Positions 36,525 to 50,297 of a stretch of DNA of 64,000 bases are shown here, piece by piece; within the stretch, counting starts at the first letter, position 1, and each line of letters begins with the position of its first letter. The notes below the pieces were generated by a model, which was given only the letters and a program-made list of their open reading frames with translations, did not search any database and was not told the origin of the DNA. The translations under genes and the position numbers were made by a program. This DNA comes from Hydrolagus affinis. Lineage: Eukaryota. Location of the stretch: positions 62,001 to 126,000 of the forward strand of contig JAAILG010000045.1 of NCBI GenBank assembly GCA_012026655.1. The letters are read 5' to 3'.

Positions 36525-39097
36525 TGGACCCAGGCATCACTAATCAAACATGGTAAATCTTGGGATATGTCATAAATATTGTTTTTTTTCTCTATTATTA
36601 TGCTCTGTGTCAAATTGGAATCTTTACCTTGCGTTTTTCACACACAAATAATGAAAGGGCAAAGATTTGCTGCTCCTCTGAAGAAGGTCACAAAAGGTTG
36701 TGGAATAAACAAGAATGATGTTACATTCTGCAAGTAGAGAGCCTTACACAGACAGCAAGGTGGCTGCACACTGATGTTTCATGACTAGGGCTTGCCTTTG
36801 CTCCACATATTTAGCTATTTAAACACTGAGGTCCATACTTAGACTTTTGGTCACTGCAGTCCCATTGGCTTCTCATTTCTGTATTTTTTTTTCTAATTTG
36901 AGAATATTTTTCAACCTCAGGTAAATGTATCATTTTCTGACTATTCCTCCTTAAACAGCAGCACTGCTAAAATGTAGCCATCTTTACGAAAAGATGGTAC
37001 CTTCTGGAATTGATTCTGGTGATTTAGAGAGCACAAAACACTCAATAGATTTACACTGCGACGCTGAAGGGCAAACCTCGTGTTTTCCTGTATGATGCTG
37101 GTGAATCAAACTTCGTCAAATGCTCAGAAAATGTCAAAGGTTAGTGCTCTAATTTTGTCCAGAGAAAAGCTCAATTCTGGAGCAGGAAACGGAGAGCATC
37201 GCAAGGGCATCACTGGAGCTCTGTATCTGCAGCTTCTCATTCCCTATTCCTTATTTGAGCTTTGACATGATCAACAATCTGGAGTTGGCAGGGTTGCTTT
37301 GATCCCTTCTCAATAGCCTCAATGTTTGCCGCTGTTACAGACTGACAGACATTTGAGAGAGATAAGTAAAGCCTGCAGTTAAATGCTCACTGGGGATTTT
37401 AAAAATTCAACATTTTAATCCATCTCCTCCTGTGGTGGAATTCTTTCCATTTTCCTCCCCCATTACATTTGAATTGGCCTTGATTTTTAGTTTCCTGCAC
37501 CGCAGGATCTATTATTGTGTAATCAGTGAGCAATACATCCAGCACTCTTCATCATTTCATTTGTTTTCCTGAAATTGCAGCACTAGGATAACATTGTGGT
37601 AATTCTCCAATTGTTGGTAAATGTATGGATCATGGTGTAAAGCATTCTTATTTTGCAAACTTTCAATTTGGGATTATGATGAAAAATTCCTGCAAAAGAA
37701 TCAAACTATCAGTTAACATTTTGCCAACTATGGGGAATTCTCATGTCTTCACCGCCCCATTTGTGCTGGGATTCTGGTACAGTATTAGTAAAACTCTTGT
37801 TGGTTGATTAAAAACAGTATCAAGTCAGTGCCTTGGACCATTCTCTCCCCTTCACAGCTAAAAGGAGACTTTTTGGAGATACACAGTTTTAGTGAAAGAT
37901 CAAAGGAGAGAACCAAATAAACCCTTCAAAACATAATTCGGATCCAAAGATATTTCTTCTGTGGATTAAGGTTTCAAATGCACCAGTGTAATTTGGGGAA
38001 CTGCGGGTTTTTCAGTTGCTACAACTAAATACAAAAATGGAAGCATTATGTGGTAGTGTAATAAAATGTGCTAATGTTAAGCATGTGAAGAACAATTACC
38101 TTAATGGAAGTCATTATGCTTACCAAATTGTCTACCTTGTTAAAATAACAGGGTCACTGATAATTTGCTGTACCACAGAGTGTCTTCCTATGTACACTTG
38201 CCACATGCACAGTATCGTGCATGTTCCTCAGGGCCCTGTCCTCGGTCCCCTCCTCTTCAACCACTACATGTTCCCCTTTGGTGATCAAATATCATTAACA
38301 CTAAGTCAGAAATTGGTAAGCAGTGACTTACCGGATGTTCATGGCACTATTGCTTTTGGAGCTTTTACAAAACCAGTTCCACTGGATTTAACTTATTATG
38401 GAGAAAATGCAAGGATTGTTATCCCTAACCTCAATATAAGGACAACAGACACAAGTGGAAAGTGTAGGGTTTCATAAGGAAGCTAGATGCATTCTACAGT
38501 ATATTTATTACTCCATGTATTTCTTTTTGAGAGGATAGTGTGATTTTTTTTAATTAAAAAAATTGCAACCAACACATACTTGTAAATATGCCATTCTGTT
38601 TACAGACTGGGTTGATGTTGATTTATTTTGACATTAAGAGCTTAAATTGTCAAAATGGAGGAAGCAAATTTAAGATGTACATAAAAAAGTGACAGATTTT
38701 TTATTAGGTATGTACTTGAACTTGATCAGTACGTTGCAGGAATTTTTAATGTAATTTGTTTGACATCTGGAATGTAGGAATAGCCTCTGGTTGTTTCTTT
38801 TCTGTAGATACTGGTGCCCGTACCATTTTCTACTCTTGATGGCTGTCTAAATGGATGACCCCGGGACACAATTTTAACAGTTTAGACAAGTTTGGGAAAG
38901 CTGCATTTTATTGTCTGCCACAGCCATCGGCTAAATTCTTTGCAATTACTGTTCTGATGAAAAGAGAGATTTTCTCTTAAGTTGTTTTTAAAGCCAGGGT
39001 GACAGGGTTGCGGGGTAAAGTCAATTGTTTAAAGCTTGTTTAAATACCCAATTCTTCCAAACGGTGTTGTTAATATTTAACATTCAGGGTCCACAAG

Positions 39098-40455
39098 ACA
39101 ACAACAACAACAAAATTGCACTTATATTGCGCCTTTCATGTCGGGAGGACGACCCAAAGCGCTGAACAGTCAGGTCGGGACCCGAGCGGGGTGGTGGGGG
39201 GCGGGGAGAGTTGGAGTAGGGGGAAGGGGAAGGAGAGTGGGAGAGGGGGAAGAGTTAGTGGGGCAGCCAAAGGCGTGGTTGAAGAGGAAGGTCTTGAGAC
39301 CGGCCTTGAAGAAGGAAAGGGAGGAAGCGAGGCGGAGGGGCTGCGGGATGGAGTTCCGTAGTGTGGGAGCAGAGAGGCTGAAAGCCCGGCCGCCAATGGT
39401 TGGGCAGTGAGGGCGGTGGACATGGATCAGGCCTGAGTCTGCTGAACGGAGGGTGCGGGCAGGCTGATAGGGAGACAGTAGGTCAGAGAGATAGGCAGGG
39501 ATAAGGCTGTGAATGGCCTTGAAAGTGAGAAGGATCTTGAATTCAATCCTCTGGGTGACGGGGAGCCAGTGGAGACGGGCGAGGGTGGGAGTGATGAGGT
39601 CGCGAAGCCTGGTACGGGAGAATACACGAGCTGCAGAATTTGGAATGATCTGCAGCCTGTGAAGGGAGGAGCTGGGGAGACCAATGAAGAGATAGTTCCC
39701 AGTTGAGCCTGGAAGTGATAAAGGCGTGGATGAGAGTTTTGGCGGCGTGGGGGGTGAGGTAGTGGTGGAGTCTGGCAATATTACAGAGGTGATGGAAGGC
39801 TGTGCCGGTCATGGAGTAGATGTGGGGGAGGAAGGATAGTTCGGGGTCGAACAAGACGCCCAGATTCCTGATTGGCTTTGAGAGGTGGAGAGAGCAGCCT
39901 TGAATGCTGACGTTGTCAGTGCCTGAGGTACAGAGGCACTGACGTGAGCCAATCAGAAGGGCTTCTGTCTTGTTGACGTTGAGTTGTCAGAAATTTGCTC
40001 TTGTCCTGGACTCAATGTCGGACAGACACGCAGTCAGAACGCCAGTGGTCCTGGAATCGAGAGTTGACGTGGATAGGTAGAGTTGGGTGTCATCCGCATA
40101 CATGTGGAAATTTACCCCATGTCTGCGGATGATGTCGCCCAGGGGGAGAGTGTAGAGAGTGAAGAGCAGGGGGCCAGAGACAGAGCCCTGGGGAATGCAT
40201 GTGACTGTGAGGGGGCTGGAGGAGAAGCCGTTGAGGAGACGAAGTGAAGGCGGTGGGAGAGATAGGACTGAAACCATTCGAGGACAGAGCCTTGCAGGTT
40301 GAGGAGGGAGGCGAGGCGGTGGAGGAGGATACCGTGGTCCACGGTATCGAAAGCAGCGGATAGGTCGAGGAGGACGAGGAGGCAGAGGGAGCCCTGGTCA
40401 CAGATGGTCAGGATGTCGTTTGTGACCTTGACCAGGGCAGTTTCCATGCTGTGAC
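39098..40455 (-). mobile_element. L2 LINE, 1.35 kb 5'-truncated, best-preserved copy
   Basis: Frameshifted RT/ORF2: [75 protein letters not shown]. Stem-loop and (TTG)n tail. Confidence 0.95.
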
Positions 40456-41523
40456 GCAACCTTTCACTTGGATGATCTGAATATAGATATCGATGGGGTG
40501 GGGATAATAGAGCGAACAATTCAGCCAGGCTGACGCTAAGATATTTTATTTATGATTGCAAGTCAACTCAAGTACAAGGACTATAACTTGGCACTACACA
40601 GCAATGGCCATGGGTATGTTACTATCTTGCCACCTATTGACTGCAGTGTTATTCCTTGTCTTTCCCCACTGGCACAGACACTCGCAGAATCTGATCTAAT
40701 GGGAAAGCACTTCAGCAGGTACAGATGTCTCAAACAAACACCGTGACCTGAAAGATGATCAACTACTGCATATTTCTAGCAATCTAGAAATTTGCAAAAT
40801 ATCAAACCAGTAGCTGAGCACAGAACCCCAAAGATTGCTTCATATTCACTCATCAATAAGTGCAACCAAGACAAACAAAAACAATAGGTTGAGGGCTGAA
40901 GTGGGGAAGCTGTTGGAGGAGACGGGTCAGAGAAGGGCAGAATTTGGGCTGAAACTGAAATAAGGTTAAAGTCCTGAATGAAGCAAGTTACTTTAACTGA
41001 TGCACAATGAGCTCTTGACCAGAATACATACTGTTTCTGCTGCTTTCTTTATCCCTATCCTTTTAGCATGTCCCTTGGGCTGAAGTGATATTAAAAACTG
41101 CGGAATTTTAACCAATGTCAATAACTAACCGTTGTTTCAGGCAATTCCAACAGAACATAATTGATTTCATGGCCATGTGTAGAAAGAATAACGATGTGGA
41201 ATTTAAGACCAACTTTTGACATTCTCAAATGCCACAGTTGCTTATGCACCTTGGCAAAACTACTGAAAGTAACCACTGCCGTTTTACCTCCTAATGTGGC
41301 CTTTGATGTGGCAGCTCAAATCCAAGATGACCAAATTGCAATGGAGAAGCAGAATCCTGGACTCGAACCTGAGTAATTTCTTCCAGCTGACTCCACTGTA
41401 ATGAGGCCTAATACAGACTGTCTGGTGCCCCAAAATAAATGGCAAACCTCACAGTAAATACCTTGGCTAAACAAACACGGACATGTGTGCAAAGTACCCA
41501 TGAATCACTTTTTTAAACTGTTG

Positions 41524-41563
41524 TGGGGTGGGGTGGTGGGTGGGGGGAGGGGGTGGCGGGGGG
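41524..41563 (+). repeat. G-rich tract with G-quadruplex potential
   Basis: tggggtggggtggtgggtggggggaggggtggcggggggat has at least 6 G-runs of 3 or more. Confidence 0.6.
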
Positions 41564-42729
41564 ATTAAGAAAAGCTTTAAATTTAAATTCATTAAATAAG
41601 ATGTTCAACTGGATGTCTAATTTGCACTAGTTCTGAACGGTTTCTCCCATTTTTAAATGGGACACTTCTGGCAATCAGTGTATATTATGTGGAAAATCTA
41701 CATGTGGAGTTTCGGGGTAAAAGCTCTTTTCAGTGGTATGCACTGACGTTGCCTAATATTCCATTGAACGCAGACAGCGCCTAAGAATATGTGAGTAATG
41801 CTGAATAAAATGTCGGTCCCCCTGTGAGTTAACAGAAATTCTTTCAAGATTTAGAAATGTAATAAATTAGACTCCCAGATTCTTGTGTGGTGTGTTCCTG
41901 AATTTTAGAGGATATTTCTTCACACCTTAATTTAAATTGAAAAAATCTGCTTCCATTTCACTAAATTCACTATGATTATGTGTCCTGCTGTATAAATATG
42001 GGTGCAAGCTGCACATCAGGATTTGATGCTCATTGTGCAGTCTCGCCTTCCAGAGCGGTGATGAGCGAACACTTGTGTATCAGAGGTGTTGTCTGACCCT
42101 CTCTAACCCCAGCTCGGGACAACCTCTCGATCTGAAAGTCGTTAAACAAATGTAATGTTGTCGTGGTCCTTCAATTGAAATACTAAACCAAGGACCCACC
42201 TGCCTGTTCATTCAGATCCATGGCACTATTCGAAATAAACCCTGGTGCCCTAGTTATATAAACCCAGAACAATTATGAATATTGCCAGAGTAAATATTTG
42301 TTGTAAAATCAGAATTTATTTTAAAATTGATGCCGGGGGAATGAGTTTTACATCTGAAAAGCCACAGTGTAAACGAGACGGGACTGTGTTCTTTGTTTGT
42401 ACTTAAGTGATCACGACAGTGGAGCTATGTGGAGAGGAAGCCTGGTTTATTCTTCTTGCCTCAAATTGCATCAGATCTGTTTTTTTTATTACAATCAATT
42501 TGGAGAATTTTGTGCATGGGCAAGGTTTTAAAGTCATTAAAGAGCCCACCACATGGCAGACTCTTAAATTAAAAAAAATGACCCTTTCTGCAATTGTTCG
42601 GACTGTTTAGCTCTGGACATTTGGTGTGTCGTAAGGTGCATGGACATCTCGTAGCATTAGAGTTAATGATACCGCCTCACAGTTAACCATGCACAGGAAT
42701 TAGATCTACGTGATACAAGGAGAAAACAA

Positions 42730-42793
42730 GGGACGTCCTCCTGACGTGACAGGCGCTCTACAAATGGAATGTTGTTGCTGTGGTTGTTGTTGT
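42730..42793 (+). mobile_element. Ultra-short L2 3' tail
   Basis: gggacgtcctcctgacgtgacaggcgctctacaaatggaatgttgttgctgtggttgttgtt. Confidence 0.8.
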
Positions 42794-43154
42794 AGTCTGT
42801 TCGAATACATTTGAGTTGGCTCAGCACGTGCTGACAATATCAAGTGCCAGGCTTGAGGGACTTAGTGAATTTTTAAATAATGTTTAACTGGAGCCCAATT
42901 ATTAGTAAGGTCATTTGTGACTAATATTGTTCTCGCTGTGGTATGCCATTGTTGGCAGCCATAGCCACCTAAAATTCCCAGAATAAAATACTGTGAATAA
43001 AATCATAATATAACGGTCCACAAGGTCAAAACTTCTCAAATAGAGAAGCCAAACGACATTGACTACAATACCCACAAAACTATTGCTGTCTCCTCTTCTC
43101 TGTTTCACATTTTGTATGAATAATAATATGTGGCAATCTGTAATAAATTAGTCA

Positions 43155-43597
43155 TTTGAATCTACAACTGTTTGTGGGACACTGCTGTGCACAATTGGCT
43201 GCTGCGTTTCACCCACAAATATACAGTCAATTCACTTTCCAGTATATTCTGTGAAGCACGTTGAGACGTCTAGAAGATGCTAAAAGCATCTGCATCGATT
43301 ATTATTATATTATAATATCAAGCCACTCAAAAGACAAACTATGCTTTTCACTTCTATTCAAACTACTTCAAGCCAAAGATCCAGGATTAAAGTGGATCAG
43401 TAGCCACTCACCCATATTTACCAGTCATTCCTGGATGTCTTTGGCAGTCAGAAGTCCCCTGATTTGCAGTCTTAGCTTGTATTAAAAGTACACAAATATA
43501 CAGTCAATTCACTTCCATAGTTTATTCTGAGAAGTGCTTTGAGATGTCTAGAAAATGTGATAAGGTGCTATTTCAAATGCAAGGATTATAATTATTA
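43155..43597 (+). mobile_element. Two 5'-truncated Deu SINE pieces (43155-43310, 43490-43597)
   Basis: Deu box and tail; a second tail cacaaatatacagtcaattcac..caaatgcaaggattata. Confidence 0.85.
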
Positions 43598-44140
43598 TGG
43601 GGGAAATATACATTGATACTGTTGGTGAATAGATTTTTAAGGATTCATATTGTAATCTTTGATTTAAATATTTCTTTTTAATAATAATTATTTCATTTGT
43701 TGGGGTACAAGGTTAGAGATGGAAGTTTAGAGGGTTAATTCTAGAGAATAGGGGATAGTAGCTGAAGGCTGAATACTGGTCAGGGTGTGGAGAGGGTGAG
43801 GGTCATGCAAAAGCCTGAGCTAGCTTAGCAGAGGGGTGGGTACAAGAAGACAAGAGTCAGAGCTTGTCCTCTGGCAGATTCTACACTCAATGGCAAATGG
43901 GTTACCTGATGGATGCAGATGTGCATCATCTAGCTGAGATCAATAGATGGAAAATGAAAGAAATTCTTTTTTTTCCCCACTCTATCCTGTGAGGTTCCCA
44001 ATCTGCTTTGATCCACCTGAAATAAATTAACTTGGTAGAGAATCTGACTCTGTACCTTCTTAGTTTGCATACCATCGTGCAACACCTTTCCATAGGGAAA
44101 GATTGGTTAGCATTTGGGGTGAACTCTTTAATAGAATTGG

Positions 44141-44215
44141 AATGGTGATCTGGGCTAGCCCCTTGTAGGAAGAAAACAAATCCAGGTCAAATCCTGGCTA
44201 GCCCAGATCACCATT
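44141..44215. repeat. Perfect 20-bp inverted repeat with 35-nt spacer
   Basis: aatggtgatctgggctagcc (44141-44160) and ggctagcccagatcaccatt (44196-44215). Confidence 0.9.
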
Positions 44216-45151
44216 TCACAGTTATAAGGTAGCAGAGTCCATTGTGAGTTTCAAGGGGGAAGTCATATAGAGATTGAGGCTTGCAGAGGCATGGGGATAA
44301 TGGATGTGCAGTGGGATTGAACATACCTCTTGGTCCAACCATGTGCAGAAAGAATGAGCTGAAATGCCCTCCTTCCAATTCCATTCTGTAAATTTCCACG
44401 ATTCTAATGTGTTTATAATCCTGGGGGAAGAGCAATTCAAACTGATTACAATTGGGCCATTGGAGTCGATTTTGAAATATCAAAACAAATCGTCCAAGTT
44501 AAGTAATTAGTGACCATCTATTTCTCCTTGTATTGGTAGTATTCATGTGTCATCACATTCACATGTGTTGCTATTGTACATGTACTATCATTAGTTGCTT
44601 GGATGTTAAGCAGGTGCCAGCTGTTTGCGTTTCCATATCACAGTCCGTAGATCATTGGTGGAGAGGAAGCAGAGGTCTTGGCAGTCATGCAACAAATGTG
44701 TCTGTTTTTCCTTAATGTGCTGGTGGGCTGACATCCAAAGGCAGTCTGCATCCAATCTCTTGGTGATTTAGATGAGAAGTACAGGCCTATTTTTCTCTCA
44801 GTGTGCACCCATTGCCCCCGCTGGATTCTAAACTTTAAACCAAAGGTCAAAGCAAACCAAATTCTCTCTCCTCATAATTATATGGTCTTGTTTTATGGCT
44901 AAATTCTTGGTGTATGACAAAAAGTGAAATGACACAACTGTATTTTATTGAACATGAGGGGATATCTTGACTTTAAAAACTTTTTTTAAATCATTTGTTT
45001 TTCATTATTTACTTAATTGCTGATGAGGAACTGCAATATATTTCTTATTTTGATTATCTTTGACACCCCGGGAAGATTAAAACCTGATTGCGGTGGAGTC
45101 CCTGTGCTGTGATGGTAGAAATTCTTTAACATTTGTTTTCTAAAGCAGCAA

Positions 45152-45168
45152 TGCTGCCATCTAGTGAC
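45152..45168 (-). promoter_or_regulatory. Candidate CTCF motif
   Basis: Minus strand gtCACTAGATGGCAGCA is close to the CTCF core CCACYAGRKGGCRSYA. Confidence 0.45.
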
Positions 45169-45484
45169 ATCAGAACAAACCATCAGGAAAATTCCCAGGG
45201 AAATTTAAGAAGAACCTTTAAGTTGCATAAAGCATTGCCGATGTACAACTTGAAAACAATTAGATTGCTTGAATACTGACAACTATGAATGATGAGTACA
45301 GTTTGCCAATATTTAAATAGCGCATTACTCCATTGTTTTGCAAATATGTGTGTGGCTTGTGCTCACTCTGTAGATAACTGTAGATAACATCTTATGCTTC
45401 TGGATGTGACAAATGGCTTCAAAAGAGGAAAACGTTCATTGCAACTGATCCCTCAACAAATTAAATGACTGTATCGACAACAAA

Positions 45485-46175
45485 ATAATAATCCTTGCAT
45501 TGGATATAGTGCTTTGCACATATTCTAAACGTCTCAAGGCACTTCACAGAATATACTGTAAAGTGAATTGATTGCATATTTGTGGGCAAAACGCAGCAGC
45601 CAATTGTGCACAGCAACAACAAAATTACATTTGTGTAGCGCTTTTCATGTCGGGAAGACGTCTGAAGGTGCTGGACAATTAGGGCTCTGAACCCAAGCTG
45701 GGAGTTGGGATTGGGGGGATGGAAGGCAGGCAGGGAGGGAGGTTGCCCAAAGGAACAGTTGAAGAGGAGAGTCTTGAGACGGTCTTGAAGGAGGCCAGAG
45801 AGGGGGTGAGGCGAGTTCCAGAGGGTGGGGGCAGAGTGGCAGAGGTTCCACCTGTCAAAGCTGGGGAAGGTGAGGCAGGAGAAATGGAGCAGAGCGAAGC
45901 ACGCTGAACAAAAGGAGCTAGCAGGTTGGTAAGGGGTGAAGAGGTCACAGAGGTAGGGAGGAGTAAGGCCGTGGAGGGCTTTGAAGGTGAAGACTAGGAT
46001 CTTCAACGGTATCCTCTGTGTGATGAGAAGCCAGAGAAGTTGGGCAAGGATGAGGATGATGCGTAGTGGAGCCTGGTGCAGGAGAGGACACAAGCTGCAG
46101 AGTTCTGGATAATCTACAGCCTATAGAGGGAGGAGTTGGGGAGGCCGACATGCACTGAGTTTGCGTAGTCAAGCC
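45485..46175 (-). mobile_element. Deu SINE 3' part (45485-45614) joined to an L2 fragment (45612-46175)
   Basis: gcagccaattgtgcacagca|acaacaaaattacatttg. The L2 part translates ITQRIPLKILVFTFKALHGLTPPYLCDL..SAPTLWNS. Confidence 0.88.
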
Positions 46176-46375
46176 TTTATGATTGCTATGATTGCATATC
46201 TGAGGAACAAGAGGAAGACTGCCATTTTATGGGTCATAGCAGATCTTTTAATCCTTTTCCTACCCTTTTTTCCCCCCCATATTCCTTAAATATAAGCTAT
46301 ATGTGCTGAGATTCACCAAAAGCTATGGCACTCTCATTGAACTGGACTCTGTTGGCCTTGATTTGAGGCAGTGCA

Positions 46376-46391
46376 TACTGACCTCTAGTGG
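46376..46391 (-). promoter_or_regulatory. Candidate CTCF motif
   Basis: Minus strand CCACTAGAGGTCAGTA, one mismatch to the CTCF core. Confidence 0.4.
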
Positions 46392-47391
46392 GTACTTACA
46401 ATTAAAGCAGTGTTCCTGAATTTAGAAAGGAGATGCTGTAGTTTGTTGAGAAAGGATGTTTTGGTTATGACGTTTCCACAAACACACATAAATACTATAT
46501 AAAATATACAGCGGTAAGGAGTCCAATGTTGGACCTCGAATGAGATGTGCTATTATTATTTACGTCAATATTTTACAGAATATTGACTCAAGACAGGATC
46601 TGTCCTCTTTCCAGCACCTTGTTAAAGTGATCATTCTTCACTTCTGAGACCAGGCAGTAAATGCTGTAAGGTTATCGATTGGAGCATCAATTTCTACTTT
46701 ACGTTGATTAGAAGCAGCAACCCACACGTGATCAAGAAGTGAATGATCCATTGAGCTGGAAAACCAGGGAATACTGTATTCTCTTTTTAAGTGGTGTACC
46801 AGGATCTTTAATGTCTCTCTGAAAAGTCTGACGAATATCTTAACATAAAGGATGTTGCCCTTGACCAGACTGGGTTAATAGACTTCATCTGCTGGTTTGT
46901 TGTATATACGTGATCAGATTGATATTCATATGGTTAATAACCTTGTTTACAAGAGGAATGTTTCCTTGACTGCTTCAAACTCCTATATATTTTTATGTGT
47001 AATCTGTGCTTTACTGCTGAAACAAACTGATCCCTTCTGCACCATAAATCTTAAAATTATTTAGAGAAACTTGCCAATAAACTAGTTGTATAAAAATAAT
47101 GGTATACAGTAAACCAGTTGTTCTTTGTAACTTTGATCTATATACAATAATCAATTGAAATATATCATTAAAAGCAGGGTTTTGCAGTTTATCTGGCAGG
47201 AAATGTATACAATGGGATCTAAATTCACTATTTGCAAACTTTCTGACTCCATGTTAATAACTTTGTCTGGGACACAGAACTTATGGGAACCACAAAGGAA
47301 AATATTACGATCCTGAACGCCAGATGAGGTTTTTTGCTTTCTGACCTATCTTTGGTCCTTTTTGTCCTGAACTAAAAAATAGTCTCAACAT

Positions 47392-47446
47392 CACAACAAA
47401 ATTACATTTGTATAGCGCTTTTCACGTTGGGAGGACGTCCAAAGGC
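47392..47446 (-). mobile_element. Ultra-short L2 3' tail
   Basis: caacaaaattacatttgtatagcgcttttcacgttgggaggacgtccaaaggc. Confidence 0.8.
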
Positions 47447-47646
47447 CGTAGGATATGTCCCTGATATCACTTTCCTATTTGCAAATGCTGAATTTTGAAC
47501 CCCCTATCCACAAACAAAGTTTAATCATTCTGAATACAAATTAGAGCTGTGATTCATATTTGAACTGGAGATTAGCTTTCTACATTTGTAAATTAATTTG
47601 ATTGCATGCCACATCCTGAATACTCTCTTCAATGACCCAAAAGCAG

Positions 47647-48270
47647 AATAATAATCCTTTCATTTCATATAGCACTTTATCACATCTGCAAAATATCTCA
47701 AAGTGCTTCATGGAATACACTGTAAAGTGAATTGGTTGTATATTCTGTGGGTGAAACACAGCGGCTAATTCTACAGCATTATCTCGCAAACAGGCATGGA
47801 CAGAGTGACCAATTTTTTTTGGAAGGAATTTTCACAGAAAAGTCGCCAATCGATCGGGTTTCTATTTATTGTTAGGTAAACAGAGGCATGTAGAGTAAGG
47901 AAACTTGCCCAGCATTTTGAATATTTTGAATATATATCATTTTGAATAACTTTGAATATTTCAGAGCTAATCTGGTTCGTTCAACTAAAGCTACCAGAAC
48001 TATCACTAATAATAATAATTTCATTTGATATCGTGCTTTTCACATCTTCAAGGCATCTCAAAAGTGCTTCACAGAATATACTGTAAAGTGAATGGATTGT
48101 ACATTTGTGCATGAAATGCGGCAACCAATTACACACAACATTGTCCCACAAACAGTCGTGGATTGCAATTACCAATTTTTTTTGGAGGGATTATTACCAG
48201 GCTTGTGGGGTAAGGAAAATTCCTCAAGGTTCTTTCACCCTGCCAGGAATTGAAACCAGGTCTCTCACTT
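47647..48270 (-). mobile_element. Two young Deu SINEs (47647-47912 long form; 48007-48270 short form)
   Basis: Tails, Deu boxes and gtaaggaaa(c)tt segments. The first carries the long-form block (aggtaaacagaggcatgt). Confidence 0.8.
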
Positions 48271-50237
48271 CTAACGAACCTAATTATTGCGTGCAAACAC
48301 CTTTAGTGAAGTGCAACTGTAATGGAGAAATCCCAATAGAGGCTGACGTCACAAAGGTGATGTGTCCTAACGCATTCAAGAGAGAAAATCAGAGCACCAA
48401 GATATGGTTCTCTGTTTTATATCACAAAATATCTATAAGTGACTCAAACTCTTGCGAATTCAGCCTATGTATTTCCAACGTGGGAGAGGAACACTGCAGA
48501 GACCTCAATTATCAATTTGTTCTTGGCTCGCAATACCTTGCTCACTTAAAAAATCGAGATGGCACAGAAAGAACTCAAATTCTTAAAGTGAATCTTATGA
48601 ATTTAAGAACAGTAGGAAAAAGAACTTCCAAAATGCACTGAATTTAAGAACAATTGCACAATTCTAACTTTTAAGACCAAATGTTGTTATTTTACAACAG
48701 AGTCTTATAGGCTGAGACTAAATGAAATTTCGGGCCTGTGAACGACCCCTCATGCAGTACATTGCTTATTTTTATACATGGCTCAATAGAAGGCTCTGCT
48801 GCCAGCAGAACAGGCCTCTTATCAAGCAGTCTGTCAACACCATCAAACAAAACAGTGAAGTCTCCTGGGGACTCATTTCTCAATCTAATTATTCTCCTGA
48901 GTCTGGAGGGCACAGACACCAGACCTGATGGCTACGATCAACACATTCACCACATGATTATTCATTAGTCAATGCAGTTCAGCGGGTTCAGACGGTGATT
49001 AATTTACCGAGATAAGATTTTAACTTAGAGTTGACACTTGCTACCCATTTGCTTTTGAGCTAGAGAGAGTCACATATTTGAGACATCGCAAAGCACTTTG
49101 CAGAATATACTGGGAAGTGAATTGACTGTGTATTTTGTGGCTGAAACGATGGCAGCTAGCAGGTATTGAGGCTTAGGTGGTATGAATTATGATGGAGAAA
49201 AAAGTTTCCCCGAGTAGCTGGAGGAAATAGTATTCATGAATAGTTTAATTCATTCATGTAGTCTTGAATGAGTATGAATATGGAAGGGAACTCTTTAATT
49301 TCTTCTCCCCATCCACCAGGTCACACACCCAATGATTAAATGAACAATTCATATAGTCGTCAGAAATCACACCGTCTCAATGTGGCAGTCGTTGCTTTGA
49401 TGAAAATCTTGTCTTTGAGGAGTTGAGTGAACGTTACTTTTCCACATCTCCCACAGGAAGCAAGAGAGACATTTCTGAATCTGAACTGACACAAATGTGT
49501 GAAATTCAGTTGTTCATGAAATGACCAAATTGGCCCGCGGTTGATGACTCCAGCTCCTAGCTCTTTTCTACTAACTGGAGACAGAGGTTAGTAATTGGTA
49601 GATAATGTAAATGGAACGCGAGGGCAAGGAATGGAAATCCAAGCTCTCAAGTGCATAAGCTGAAAACAAGGAAAGTGTCTTTTTTAAAGAAAAAATGGAC
49701 AATAAAATCATTCTAAAATATAACCTATTTTGAATACAAACTGAGCAAGTCGAAAGAACATATGTCCATCATCTGAAGCATTATAAACAGTAAGCAGTTA
49801 CGCTATTGAATAAACATATGAGTGAGCAGAGGGGAAAATTAAAGAGACAGCTCGGATGAGAGAGAATAGGGAGATAATGCGGCCTCAAGGCTTCAGTTCT
49901 GAGTCAAGGAATGTATTCAATAACAACGAGCTGCTGCAAAGAAAGGAGGGAGAAATTGGGACATTTCTTACACTAAACGAGCCAAAGAAGGTTCGATTTG
50001 TATTATTTAAAAACTGTCTTTAAATCAAATTAATAAGCTGCTAGCAAACTAGCACACAGTTTACCTTATGTTTAAATAGAAGTAGCTGTGGCAGCTGTAA
50101 ATGCTACATGGTACAATTAACATGCTTGCAAATAAGAGGCTTTAACTAAGTCAATATGTGTAGCATAGACCGAATGAGAGAGGAGGTTTGTGTGTGTGTA
50201 AAAAAAAAGTTCCAAGGATACTTGAGGATATATGTGA

Positions 50238-50297
50238 AACAACAACAACAACAAATTACATTTATAGAGCGCCTTTCACGTCGGGAGGACGGCCAAG
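50238..50297 (-). mobile_element. Ultra-short L2 3' tail
   Basis: (aac)n aaattacatttatagagcgcctttcacgtcgggaggacggccaag. Confidence 0.8.

Noticed and set aside
37001-37087. Symmetric 87-bp minus-strand exon candidate
   Set aside because: Weak acceptor, and it lies upstream of the signal-peptide exon, so it is not needed in the gene model.
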